From: an uncultured Orrella sp.
GTDB taxonomy: Bacteria > Pseudomonadota > Gammaproteobacteria > Burkholderiales > Burkholderiaceae_B
Length of the DNA: 49,257 bases
Assembly: GCA_964491995.1 (NCBI GenBank)
Contig: CAZBIN010000002.1
Location: 1 to 49,257 of the forward strand
Direction: 5' to 3'
The notes below the pieces were generated by a model, which did no database searches, was not told where the DNA came from, and saw nothing but the letters and a program-made list of their open reading frames with translations. The translations under genes were made by a program, and so were the position numbers. This document shows positions 9,384 through 20,000 of this stretch, one piece after another. Position 1 is the stretch's first letter, and every line of letters begins with the position of its first letter.

Positions 9384-11571
9384 AGCGCCCCCGGGCTTTC
9401 AGCATTTCCGGCGTGAGTCCGACGGGCTGCAAAATATCCGTCAGCACCTGCGACACCCCCAAGGCCATATCACGTCCGCCGCAAACCATGATCTTGCCAC
9501 CTTGACCAACCAGTTGCGCAATCTGCGATCCTTGCTCACGCATGACATCCTGCACATATTGCGACCGCCCGCTGCGAGAGGCTGCCAGCCAGAGACGGGT
9601 CAGTTTGCCCTCGCTCTGCCAGCTCGCAAACTCGTGACGATACAGAAAGTCGCTTTCAGGATTGCGGATACCAAAAAACAGGTGAACCGGGCGCTGGGAC
9701 GAATTGTTACGGACGAAACCAGCCAGCGGCCCCACACCGGTGCCTGCCCCCACCAGAATCAGAGGGGCACGATCATTCCCCACATGAAAACCCGGATTGC
9801 GGCGCAAGAAGGCCCGAACCTTCTGCCCCGGCACGAGCGCAGTCAGCTGAGTGGACGCCACACCCCCCTCGTGGCGTCGCACCACGATCTCGATGAAGCC
9901 ATCGCGTGCGCTGCTCGCCAGTGAGTAAAGACGCGGGACAACAGATCCTTCGGGCAGGATGCCCAACAGATCGCCGGCTTCAAACCGCTGCAGACCTCGC
10001 CCTGTGATCCGCTGCAACAGCGATGCTGGCGGCATTGCAAACCGCAGGATCGCCATCGGCACCTGCACTGCGGCACCGAAGTCCTGACGCTTGAGCAAGG
10101 TCAGCATCTCGGCGTCAGGAAGAACTGGCTGGTGAATCAGCTCAAGCTCGATCCCCATGGCCTGGCCCAGCAGGCGACCCCAGCGCGTAAAGTCCTGCAA
10201 TGACTGGCGATCAATGGTGTTAAGCGCAAGCAAGGTTGGCCAGCCTTTCGCGTCAGCGACCTGCTGCACCGCCGAGGCGTATGCACAGAATTGCGCAAAA
10301 CTGCGGTCACCAAATCCCAACACTGCCATCGGTGTTGCAGGCACCTGCTTCAAACCCTCGAGTTTTTTCAGAAAACCGCTCGCCGAGGCCGGAGCATCGC
10401 CCTGGCCATAGGTTGCCGCGAGAATCAGGAGCCGTTGTGCCTTGCGATAACGCGTCGGCGCAAACGCACTCATTGGCGCAACATGCACTGACTGTCCGGC
10501 CTCACGCAAAGCACTGGCCAGCGTCGCTGCAAAGCCCCAGGTGCTGCCACCTTCAGAACCCACCAGTACGATCGTCTCAGCTTGCGCAGCCGGGCTGTTG
10601 CCTTTGAGACGAGGACGCGCGCGCACAGCACCTGCCCAGACCAGAATCCCTGTGACCACCATCACCGGTACACCCAGTGCCATCAAGCCAAGAACCAGGC
10701 CCAGAATCGCTGCGCCCTGCCCGGTGTGCAACATCTTGATCATTTCCGAGGCTTGCTGCCCCACACTCGGGTCTTGCCATGCCAGTAGCGTGCCCGTGCC
10801 CTGATCGACATACCCCATCCCGCGATCGGTCTTGATGGTCAGGACATCCTGCTCGTCTGCCGGATCCGCCAGGCTCAGCTCGCGCAGTTGTGTCACCGGG
10901 ATAAGTTCAAGCGCTTGCATCTCTTGCAGCGCAAGACCGGTGCGGCCACTGACTTGCACAGGCATCTCAAGGCTCGGCGGATCAACCGCGACAACCTCGA
11001 AGGTCTCCGCTGACATCCATAGCGCTGTTGCGCTCGAGAACACCAGACCGAACACCGCAACACGCGCAACTTCAGTATGCAGCCGACCGGCCAGAGGTCC
11101 TTGCAGGCGGGCGAACCAGTGCCGCCAACCTCCTGCGCGCCGGGCCACCAGCACAGCGCCGGATAATGCCAGAATCAGCATGACCAGTGCGCCAGCCGCA
11201 GCTGCCAGCCGCCCGGCATCGCCCATGAAAAGGGATCGATGCAAGTTCGTGAGCCAGCGACGCTGTGGATCAGGATCTGCCGGAGCAACGTTCTGACCGG
11301 TGGCTGGATCAATAATGGCCGATCCCGGCTCGTCACCGTGAAACCACCAGGCAGTGATCTGACCGGAAGGCGCACGCTTGATCTGTTCAAGTCCAGGATG
11401 GGTCTGTTGCACCCGCGCGGCCAGAGTGGCCACGCTCAGCTCAGCATTGGCCTGAGGTGACTGAAACGCCTCCATGGCGGGAAACAGCGCCAAAGCGGAT
11501 CCGCTCAGCGCTGTCACGAATAGCAAGGCAGACAGCACAAGACCTGGCCAACGGTGCAGGATACGCATCAT
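9364..11571 (-). CDS. PepSY-TM / flavodoxin / FNR-type oxidoreductase fusion (membrane electron-transfer protein)
   Basis: N-terminal LHRWPG, LHRSL and LHTG transmembrane histidines; flavodoxin GSEGGST, ATYGQG, GFGDR; RLYSLAS, GAGTGVGP, YVQD, VCG, RYVEDIY. Confidence 0.9.
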   Translation of the reverse strand: MMRILHRWPGLVLSALLFVTALSGSALALFPAMEAFQSPQANAELSVATLAARVQQTHPGLEQIKRAPSGQITAWWFHGDEPGSAIIDPATGQNVAPADPDPQRRWLTNLHRSLFMGDAGRLAAAAGALVMLILALSGAVLVARRAGGWRHWFARLQGPLAGRLHTEVARVAVFGLVFSSATALWMSAETFEVVAVDPPSLEMPVQVSGRTGLALQEMQALELIPVTQLRELSLADPADEQDVLTIKTDRGMGYVDQGTGTLLAWQDPSVGQQASEMIKMLHTGQGAAILGLVLGLMALGVPVMVVTGILVWAGAVRARPRLKGNSPAAQAETIVLVGSEGGSTWGFAATLASALREAGQSVHVAPMSAFAPTRYRKAQRLLILAATYGQGDAPASASGFLKKLEGLKQVPATPMAVLGFGDRSFAQFCAYASAVQQVADAKGWPTLLALNTIDRQSLQDFTRWGRLLGQAMGIELELIHQPVLPDAEMLTLLKRQDFGAAVQVPMAILRFAMPPASLLQRITGRGLQRFEAGDLLGILPEGSVVPRLYSLASSARDGFIEIVVRRHEGGVASTQLTALVPGQKVRAFLRRNPGFHVGNDRAPLILVGAGTGVGPLAGFVRNNSSQRPVHLFFGIRNPESDFLYRHEFASWQSEGKLTRLWLAASRSGRSQYVQDVMREQGSQIAQLVGQGGKIMVCGGRDMALGVSQVLTDILQPVGLTPEMLKARGRYVEDIY

Positions 11572-11591
11572 GAAGTTTTCTCAAATCCGGA

Positions 11592-12062
11592 TCAGAAATC
11601 GAAAGTAAAACCGGCAACATAACGTTTTCCGGCGACCTGTTTGCCAGCGCCGTCTTTGGTCAACGGCACCGATATCTCCCGGGGGCTGTCTCGCATGTCC
11701 TCAGCGGCGGCATCTATATTGATCTTGTAGCCCGCATCAAGCAGTGCATCGGCCAGATCAACCGTGACGGTGAGTGTCTTGCCGGCACCGACACTTGCAC
11801 CCGTGATGCCGTTGATCTGCGAAGGATTGCCACTGGTTGCCCGATACCAGTCGGTCAGATGCTTGTAGTACTTCGACTTCTCGCCCGCCAGCCACAGCGT
11901 GCGTACGTAGGCTCCTGAAGCATCTGTCAGGTACAGGGCAAGATAGGCACCATCACCCCCGTAGCTTTTGAGGGTAGTGTTCAAAGTCACGGGCCGTGCC
12001 ATGGCCAGACCTGGCAGCGCGAGCGCTGCGCTGACAACCAGACAACCGAGCGTTTTGTTCAT
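11592..12062 (-). CDS. DUF2271 family exported protein, probable flavinylation substrate
   Basis: Signal peptide, YLALY, YYKHLTDW and the flavinylation-type motif ITGAS; strong RBS AGAGGA. Confidence 0.85.
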   Translation of the reverse strand: MNKTLGCLVVSAALALPGLAMARPVTLNTTLKSYGGDGAYLALYLTDASGAYVRTLWLAGEKSKYYKHLTDWYRATSGNPSQINGITGASVGAGKTLTVTVDLADALLDAGYKINIDAAAEDMRDSPREISVPLTKDGAGKQVAGKRYVAGFTFDF

Positions 12063-12224
12063 GATCGAATTCCTCTTTCTGATGTTGTGATATGGGTGAT
12101 TGGGTTTCTTTAAACTTTATCTTCGCACTGTATTTTTTTCATACTCTAGCGAGTACTGCCTCTGACCTGTGATTCGGCACACAGCACCTGCCAGAGCTGT
12201 TAACGCAACGTAACTCAACATAAG

Positions 12225-13493
12225 TCAACGCAACTCAAACGCTTCGCTGTGCGTACGCCGTGGCTTTTGACCCATCGCCTCGAGCCCCGACAGGATTGTG
12301 TGCGTCAAACCCTGCGGACCGCAGTAAAACAACTCCGCATCCCGCACAGCAAACGTCACCAGACTGACCAGACGCTGCGCAGTCAGGCGACCCTCCAGGT
12401 CCGTCACTACAACGTGCACCTGCAACCTCGGGTGACCTGCAGCGATGGTGGCAAGCCGTTGTGCAGCAAAGGCCTCACTGCGATTCGACACGACCCAGAT
12501 GAGCACAATCTCCTGCTGGTCAGCATCGGTCAACGCCTGCGCCCATGCCAGAAAGGGTGTGATGCCAATCCCGCCCGCCAGCCAGATCTGGCGCTGCACC
12601 CTTTTACGAAATACAAACCTTCCATAAGGTCCCTCGACACGAACGCTCTGGCCGGCAACCAGACGTGCCGGCAGACACCTTGTCCAGTCCCCCAGGGTCT
12701 TTACGCCAAACTGCAGCCGACCAGTTGCAACGGGGGCACTTGCGATGGTGAAAGGGTGAGGCTGAGAAATCGCTTCGCCAGGGATGGAAACGAAGGCAAA
12801 CTGACCTGGCTTGAATGCCATGGCCCGACCATCGGGGCGAAGCGTCATTTCGGTGACCGCACCATGTCTATCAATGGCTTCAATCACAAAATTGCGAGCA
12901 CGCAGCCATGGCGCGGCAAACTGCGTAAACAGCCACGCCGCCAACCCGGCCAGACAAAGCGCATCCAGATATGGACTCAGCGCGTCATTGATACCCGCAG
13001 GTTTGTCGACGGCGTACTGGTGAAACGCGACCAGCGCAAACAAAAGTCCGGTGAACCGATGCGTAAAGCGCCAGATCGGCCATGGCAGCTCGAGTCTGGT
13101 GAATGGAATCCGCTTGATCCAGCTAAGAAGAATCAGACCGATGAAACCATTGAGCGCAATCTCCCCAAGATCCGAGGCAAACTCGCCAAGCCAGGTCTCA
13201 CGCACAACGCCCTCAAGCTCGGGCTCGACCGTGTTGTGCCCGATCATCAAAGCCAGTGCTGCAATTCCCAGCCACTTGTGAACGCCGTACATCCGGTCGA
13301 GCCCCCCGAAGAACGACTCGATGAAGCGGGGCCGTGCCGACAGGATAAGCGCCAGACTCATGGCCGCGATCGATGTTGCACCCAAAGCCATGCCCAGCGT
13401 GACTTGCGCACCATATGGTGCGTAAGTCTGCACGCTGAGTACTGCAGCATAGAGAACAGCCAGCGCAGTCAGTATCGGGCCGGTCAGTTGCAT
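12225..13493 (-). CDS. Ferric reductase-like transmembrane protein with FAD/NAD-binding domain
   Basis: GGLDRMYGVHKWLG, WRFTHR, PGQFAF, HPFTIAS, EGPYG, AGGIGITPF, YCGP, EAFELR. Confidence 0.92.
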   Translation of the reverse strand: MQLTGPILTALAVLYAAVLSVQTYAPYGAQVTLGMALGATSIAAMSLALILSARPRFIESFFGGLDRMYGVHKWLGIAALALMIGHNTVEPELEGVVRETWLGEFASDLGEIALNGFIGLILLSWIKRIPFTRLELPWPIWRFTHRFTGLLFALVAFHQYAVDKPAGINDALSPYLDALCLAGLAAWLFTQFAAPWLRARNFVIEAIDRHGAVTEMTLRPDGRAMAFKPGQFAFVSIPGEAISQPHPFTIASAPVATGRLQFGVKTLGDWTRCLPARLVAGQSVRVEGPYGRFVFRKRVQRQIWLAGGIGITPFLAWAQALTDADQQEIVLIWVVSNRSEAFAAQRLATIAAGHPRLQVHVVVTDLEGRLTAQRLVSLVTFAVRDAELFYCGPQGLTHTILSGLEAMGQKPRRTHSEAFELR

Positions 13494-13505
13494 CGAGCCG
13501 GCTCC

Positions 13506-13886
13506 TTACTTGATGGTTGCCCGAGTGGCGCCTGGTGCGGTCCCTGAAGTGGTGCCGGAAGGTGCGCCTGCCTCGGTGCGTGCGCCTCGCAGATAACGCG
13601 ACGCGTCAGCGCCCGGGCGAAACCGGACTTCAAGCTCCAGGGGCACCAAGGTTGCCGGATCCATCTTCAAATCAACGCGATTGCCATCGGCATCTTTGCC
13701 ACGGATCTCATAGCAACCATCGTCAATGCGCAGGCGATCGGTCGTGATGCCCATTTCAGTGACATGGGACATCACAGCATCGCGAGACTGCCATTCGGCC
13801 ATTGGACGACGGCAATCATCACTCGCCAGCGCAGCGCCTGAACCGGCCAGGGAAATCATCAGAACGACGGGCAAGATTGGTTTCAT
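13506..13886 (-). CDS. Periplasmic PepSY-domain protein
   Basis: Signal peptide, DDC..PMAEWQ, RIDDGCYEIRG, MDPATL; RBS AAGGAG before ATG 13886. Confidence 0.85.
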   Translation of the reverse strand: MKPILPVVLMISLAGSGAALASDDCRRPMAEWQSRDAVMSHVTEMGITTDRLRIDDGCYEIRGKDADGNRVDLKMDPATLVPLELEVRFRPGADASRYLRGARTEAGAPSGTTSGTAPGATRATIK

Positions 13887-13940
13887 TGCGGGACTCCTTT
13901 GTGTTTGATGCTTTATGATGAACGACCAACGTGATGGCAA

Positions 13941-13980
13941 CCTGAACTTCCCACAAAAACAGCTTCAGCTTCCCGTCAGT
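13941..13980. promoter_or_regulatory. Candidate OmpR-family response-regulator binding site in the divergent promoter
   Basis: Minus-strand CTGAC-N6-CTGAA (11-bp period) and CTTCCC repeated 22 bp apart. Confidence 0.4.
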
Positions 13981-14017
13981 CTCTTGAATGCAAGAACTCT
14001 CTGCCGAAGAAAAATCC

Positions 14018-14677
14018 ATGCGTATCCTGCTGATTGAAGATGACGCAGTTCTGGGTGGCGCCGTGCGCGACCAGATGACAAGTGATGGTCATTCCGTAGA
14101 CTGGGTGCAGCGGCTTGATGCAGCTAGCAGCGCAATCGCCGGGGTCACATACGACCTCGTGCTTCTGGACCTCATGCTTCCGGATGGCAGAGGGATACCG
14201 TTCTTGCGCAATTTGCGAACCCGCGGTGATGCCACACCTGTCATCATCCTGACCGCGCTTGATCAGGTCTCTGACCGGGTCGAGGGACTCAATGCAGGCG
14301 CTGATGACTATCTGGTCAAGCCCTTCGATCTGACCGAGCTTTCGGCGCGGATTGGATCAGTGGCACGCCGTTACAGTGGCAGCCCCAACCCCATCATCAC
14401 GCACGGAGCGGTCCAGATCGACCTTGCTGCGCGCAGCATTCATCTCAACGGGCACCGCGTGATCCTCACCGCACGCGAGTGGGCGTTGTTCGAGGCATTC
14501 ATCACTCATCCCGACCAGTTACTGTCCAAAGCGCAGCTTGAAGACAAGCTCTATGCCTTTGATGCCGAGGTCGAGAGCAACACAATCGAAGTCCACATCA
14601 GCCGTCTGCGCAAGAAACTCGGTGCAGGAATCATCGAGACCGAACGCGGCCTTGGTTATCGTCTGGGGTCGGCATGA
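14018..14677 (+). CDS. Two-component response regulator, OmpR/QseB family
   Basis: MRILLIEDD, LLDLMLPDG, LTA, GADDYLVKPF, winged helix with ERGLGYR. Confidence 0.95.
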   Translation: MRILLIEDDAVLGGAVRDQMTSDGHSVDWVQRLDAASSAIAGVTYDLVLLDLMLPDGRGIPFLRNLRTRGDATPVIILTALDQVSDRVEGLNAGADDYLVKPFDLTELSARIGSVARRYSGSPNPIITHGAVQIDLAARSIHLNGHRVILTAREWALFEAFITHPDQLLSKAQLEDKLYAFDAEVESNTIEVHISRLRKKLGAGIIETERGLGYRLGSA

Positions 14678-16029
14678 TCAGACCGCCCAGCCTCGAACGG
14701 CGACTCGGGCTGTCGTTGGGGATTGTGCTGGGCGTGATCTGGATCATTGCCGCTGCGTTGACTGCCGTCATGGCCCGTCATGCCATGGAGGAAATCTACG
14801 ACTCGGCTCTGCAAGAAACGGCGCAGCGGATTCTGCCACTCGCAGTGGCTGACATTCTCGCGCGCGAAGTCGATGGCGAGGGCGCCACACAGCGACTGTC
14901 CGAGGTTCGAGACCACGATGAATTCCTCTCGTACGTCGTGCGCGATGCGCAAGGACAAATCCTGCTCCAGTCGCACAGCGCTGACCCGGCCGTGTTTCCC
15001 GCCTGGAACGGCATCGGTTTCGATCAATCGTCCACCCACCGGTTTTACAACGAAGCCGCTTTGCAAGACTCTGTGCGGATCACCATAGCCGAACCCCTGG
15101 CATATCGCGATGCAGTGGCGCTCGAGATTCAACTGGGCCTGGGTCTGCCATTACTCATCCTGCTGCCGGTGGCGCTATTGGCCATCGTGCTCACGGTGCG
15201 CACCAGCCTGGCTCCATTGCGGCGTTTCCGCAAAGTTCTGGCAACCCGCGGGGCGCGTGATCTGGCGCTGGTGCCCTCAGCGGGCCTGCCCGCCGAAGTG
15301 GCGCCTGTGGCCGACACGCTCAACGGCCTGCTGATACGACTCGCTGAAGCCTTCGAAGCCGAACGCAACTTCACGGCCAATGCCGCGCACGAATTGCGAA
15401 CCCCGCTTGCGGGCGCCATCGCCCAGGTGCAACGTTTGCAAGTCGAATCCATGGAGCTTGCCACCCAGGCGCGCGCGTCCGACATTGAAGCCACCCTCAA
15501 GCGCCTGACGAGACTGTCCGAGCGATTGATGCAACTGGCCCGTGCTGAGGGCGCACGCCTGCGTCTGGACCAGGTCTCGGACCTGCGACCGGTCGTAGAT
15601 ATCCTGACAGAAGATTTATCGCGGATGCCCGGTGGACAAAGAATTCATCTGACGATGCCTGCAACGCCACTGATGTCAGACCTTGATCCTGACGTGTTCG
15701 CGATCATTTACAGAAATCTTCTCGACAATGCGCTGCGTCATGGAGCGCAGAAAGGGCCGGTTGATGTCTCGATCACTGGCGATGGCGTGCTGACCGTGTC
15801 CAATGACGGCGCTGTCGTACCCCACGATGCCCTGCAACAACTGACGCACCGATTCGAACGTGGACAAGCAAGTGCCCAGGGAAGCGGCCTTGGTCTTGCC
15901 ATTGTCGATGCGATTGCCCGACGTATTGGTGCGCCGCTCGAACTGAAGTCTCCAGCAACCGGAAAGGATTCTGGCTTCGAAGCATGCGTGAGGCTTCCGG
16001 TTAAAAAGCCAGACGAGTTCAGAACGTAG
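14674..16029 (+). CDS. Two-component sensor histidine kinase (QseC-like)
   Basis: Two TM segments, HAMP, H-box AAHELRTPL, N-box NLLDNA, G-box GSGLGL; ATGA overlap with the regulator. Confidence 0.95.
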   Translation: MIRPPSLERRLGLSLGIVLGVIWIIAAALTAVMARHAMEEIYDSALQETAQRILPLAVADILAREVDGEGATQRLSEVRDHDEFLSYVVRDAQGQILLQSHSADPAVFPAWNGIGFDQSSTHRFYNEAALQDSVRITIAEPLAYRDAVALEIQLGLGLPLLILLPVALLAIVLTVRTSLAPLRRFRKVLATRGARDLALVPSAGLPAEVAPVADTLNGLLIRLAEAFEAERNFTANAAHELRTPLAGAIAQVQRLQVESMELATQARASDIEATLKRLTRLSERLMQLARAEGARLRLDQVSDLRPVVDILTEDLSRMPGGQRIHLTMPATPLMSDLDPDVFAIIYRNLLDNALRHGAQKGPVDVSITGDGVLTVSNDGAVVPHDALQQLTHRFERGQASAQGSGLGLAIVDAIARRIGAPLELKSPATGKDSGFEACVRLPVKKPDEFRT

Positions 16030-16064
16030 TTAGTCTCTCAGCCAGACCAGGCGTGTTACGCGAA

Positions 16065-16982
16065 TCAGACACGCAGCAAGTCAAGCAAACGCTCGCGTAC
16101 CTCGGTCAGGCCTCGGTAGGCGAGCACAGCTTGGCTCATGCTTTGCAAAGCCTCGGCCAACTCCCGAGGACGGCCAGGATCAAGTGCCAGAACTTCACTT
16201 AATGGACACACCAGCACACGAATCAGAAACACCGCACGCTGTATCTCAGGCATAGGCAACGTCGTCTGGCACTCGAGTCGAAACATCACTTGTTCGAGAA
16301 GTCGGGGGTCAGAGGGTTCCATGCGCTGCAGCAACGTCCCCCACGCCTGAGCGCGCAGATGGGGAAACTGCGGCAACTGTGCACTCGGACTGAGCAACCA
16401 TACAAATCTGCGCACGCAGGCCTGGCGAAACGCCATCGCCTCAATGGCCCTGCGAGCAGCGATCAGGGTCTGGTTGTCCGCAACGGGCGCGTGGATCTGC
16501 TCAAAGTCCAGACCCAGCTTGTGTGATGGCTCCCAGTTCGAGGCAAAGCACACCGACAGACATCGCGCCCGAAACCGCCGATCTTTGTCTGGCGTGTCAT
16601 CAACCTCGTCATGAAGAATCACAAAGTCTTCAGGCAAACTGCTGACCAACTCGTTAAAGCTGGTGGCAGACACAACCCCCGTCTCATCACGATACCGACT
16701 GGCCAGAATCTCCAGCACTGAGGCATCGGGCTCACCCACCTTTCCATAGCCAGCCCCAAGCATAGTCTGCTTGGCCGCTCTGTAGGCATCATCGTGCGGC
16801 AGTCTGGTAAAGAGCGCCGACTCGAGCCGGCGCATCCCGGGCAGCATTCTGAAGGGCGTTTTGACAGGCCATGGCATGTCAGCCGGATCGGTCAACACCA
16901 CGGGAATCTGATTCTGCGTCAGACTGTGCTGCTCAGCCTGATTGCCTTCAGGACTGTCATTGGCAGAATTGCTTCGCATCAA
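16065..16982 (-). CDS. DUF3445 / heme-dependent oxidative N-demethylase alpha-like protein
   Basis: PFRMLPG, EDFVIL, SVCFASNW, KLG…IHAPV, RLECQT, VFLIR. Confidence 0.7.
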   Translation of the reverse strand: MMRSNSANDSPEGNQAEQHSLTQNQIPVVLTDPADMPWPVKTPFRMLPGMRRLESALFTRLPHDDAYRAAKQTMLGAGYGKVGEPDASVLEILASRYRDETGVVSATSFNELVSSLPEDFVILHDEVDDTPDKDRRFRARCLSVCFASNWEPSHKLGLDFEQIHAPVADNQTLIAARRAIEAMAFRQACVRRFVWLLSPSAQLPQFPHLRAQAWGTLLQRMEPSDPRLLEQVMFRLECQTTLPMPEIQRAVFLIRVLVCPLSEVLALDPGRPRELAEALQSMSQAVLAYRGLTEVRERLLDLLRV

Positions 16983-17006
16983 GCTGCCGTTGTGTGGTTG
17001 ACGCGC

Positions 17007-20000
17007 TTACTCATGCTGCGACTCATCCTTGTTTCGGTGATGGCTTCTGACAAACGCTTCAAAATCGTTTTCCAGGAGCGGTCGGCTGTAGTAATACCCC
17101 TGGATTTCATCGCAGTTCTTTTGTTTCAGAATCGCCAGCTGCCCTTCGGTTTCAACGCCTTCTGCAATGGTTTTCATACCCAGACTGTGCGCCATCTGGA
17201 CGATCGCCATCACAATAGCCTGGTCATCGTCATCACGCTCCAGATCGCGGATGAACGACTGGTCAATCTTGAGCTTGTCGACCGCAAACCGTTTCAGATA
17301 ACTCATTGATGAATAGCCTGTGCCGAAATCATCGATAGAGACCAGAAAGCCGGCATTGCGCAAGGCACTGATCGCCTGACCCGCCGCAAGCGGGTTATTC
17401 AGCGCAACCGACTCCGTGAGCTCGACCTCGATACAGCTCGAGGGAATGCCTGCCTTGGCAACGATCTCGATCACATTCTTGACCAGATCAGGCTGAACAA
17501 ACTGAAGCGCCGACAGATTTACGGCGACACTGAAATGACCCAGCCCGGCCTGGCGCCACGCTCTCATTTGCTGTGTGACGTGTTTGAGCACCCAGCTGCC
17601 AATCTCAAGAATTCGCCCACTCTGTTCGGCAATCGGGATGAATTCGCCCGGTGGTACATTGCCCCAGACAGGATGAGACCAGCGAAGCAGCGCCTCGGCA
17701 CCAATAAAAGAGCTGTCATGCAAAGACAATTGCGGTTGGTAGACCATATGAAACTCTTTGTCCATATCAGCCTGTTTAAGCGCACTCGCAATCTCGAGCG
17801 CGCGCAGCGAATGCTGTTGCATATCATGCGAGAAAAACCGCAGCCCGTTGCGTCCTTCCATCTTGACCCGGTACATGGCCGTCTCGGCGTTCATCATCAA
17901 GCCCGTCACCGAGTCACTATCCCCTGGATAAATGGACATACCGATTGATCCACTAACTGCCAGTTGCCTTTCGTTGAGCCGCAAAGGTCTTTGAATCACG
18001 TCCAGCAAGTGGCGGGCCAGCAGCGCTGCGGTTTGCTGGTCCGTGTGGGGCAAGAGCGCGACAAAGCCATCACCCGAAACGCGCGACAAAGTGACCTGCT
18101 CTCCAAGTTCCTGACGCAGACGATTCGAGATTTTGATCAGGAGGAGATTGCCTGCATCATGACCGAGCGAATCATTGATCGCCTTGAAGTTGTCCAGATC
18201 GAGCCACAGTACGGTCACTGGCAACTCCGCTTCTTTGGAGCGTCTGATGAAATGTTTAAGCCGCTCCTCAAGCACCTCCCGATTGGCCAGACCTGTCATC
18301 TGGTCGTAATTGGACAACTGATGAATCCGCTGCTCGGTTTCCCTCTGCAGGGTGATGTCTTCTTTGTGGGCAACGTAATTGGTGACTTCGCCGGCACTGT
18401 TACGAACCGGATAGATCATGGCCTTTTCTGTATAGATTGAACCGTCCTTACGCTTGTTAATCAGCTCACCCTGCCAGGTCTGTCCGATGCGGATCTTGCT
18501 CCACATGTCTTGATAGGTCTGCGCGGACGTCTGCCCTGACTTCAGAATATGTGGTGTCTTGCCAATGACTTCATGCAATTCGAAACCGCTTACCCGGGTA
18601 AACGCTTCGTTCACATACTCGATCCGTGACCGTGTATCGGTAATAAGGACAGGATAGGGACTTTGACCGAGTGCCGTTGACAGACGAGTGATGACTGCCT
18701 CCTGGCGACGCAGCTTGACGCCACGCCAGAAAGCATCCGCCAGTCGTTGCAGCACATCCACATCAGTCCCAGCGTAGCTACGCCCCCGGTTGCCCACACT
18801 CAACACCAGGCAAACGCGCCCGGCTTCCATCACGGGCACTGAAACAAACCGCAGCAACACCTGTCCATGGGTCGGACTGATGGTCGCTTGGACTTGCTTC
18901 GGATCATTCACCACCAAGACCTGCTGTCCGTCGATCGCGGGTTCCCAGATCTCCCGAAAGTACTCGAAGCCTTGAGATGAGCCAGACGATCTGGCAAGTA
19001 CCACTTCGTTCGAAGCGGAGGGTGTCAGATGGATAAAAGCAAAGCCGCTGTCTGAAATCGACTGGGTGCCATCGCTTGCCATCTCGAGATACTTGGACTC
19101 GTCTTTGGTCAGTGGACTTTCTTCCAGCTGCAACAGCAAGGCGTTAACCCTGGCCTCAACCTTCAGGCGTTGTTGCTGAAGAACCTGTTCAGTCGTCTCC
19201 CGTGCAAGTACCAAAAACGTCGTGTCGACCCCGTCCGGTTGCGGCTTGCGCGACATCGAAAGATCAAAGTAAAGGTTTTGCTCATCACCCGCGATCTCAA
19301 TACCGACGTTGCGGGTGCTGCCGGTGGACTCTGCCAGCCCAATGGCCTGTAAACAGCGCTCAGCCATGGGGCCGGGCAAGATATCACGAACATTGGCACC
19401 CTCACGAAACAAGCCGACATCAGCCTTGTCACGGTCGTAATCCGAGAATATCTTCAGAATAGTCCCATCGCGACTGACTTCAATCAGCTTGTCGGGCAGT
19501 GTGGCAATGGTCAGTTGCAGGCTGGTCTGGGCCTGTTTGAGCGCCTGAAATGGCTGCTGCACAACCCGCAGGAACAAACCCCGGTATAAAAAGCCAAAAC
19601 CAATGATCTTGTAAGTGTGACCCAGCAAGTTGTAAACATCGGTCACATTACCGTAGAGTGAAAGAAAATATTCGCCCATCGCAAATACAACACTTGCCGC
19701 AGCCAGATTGGCAGCACTGAGCTCACACTGATGCACGGCGTGTCTGTAAAACCCGACGCCAGCCAGAAGATACAGGGCGATCAGGACATATTCGAAACCA
19801 ATCTTGAACCCTGTCAGACCTTGGTCCTCGATAAAGGTCCTCGGTACTGTGTCTGGAAAATACAGGAACCAGACCGTCAAAAGCCCAACCACAAGCAGAA
19901 TCAGTCCGAGCCACAGGTATCGTGACTGACGGTTTAGCCATTCATCAGCACGATGAGGAATCCAGGCACAGAGCAACAGTCCGATCGCCATCAGCAGGCG

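Noticed and set aside
12249-13547. 432-aa plus-strand ORF
   Set aside because: Antisense shadow of the ferric reductase gene; no recognisable motifs.
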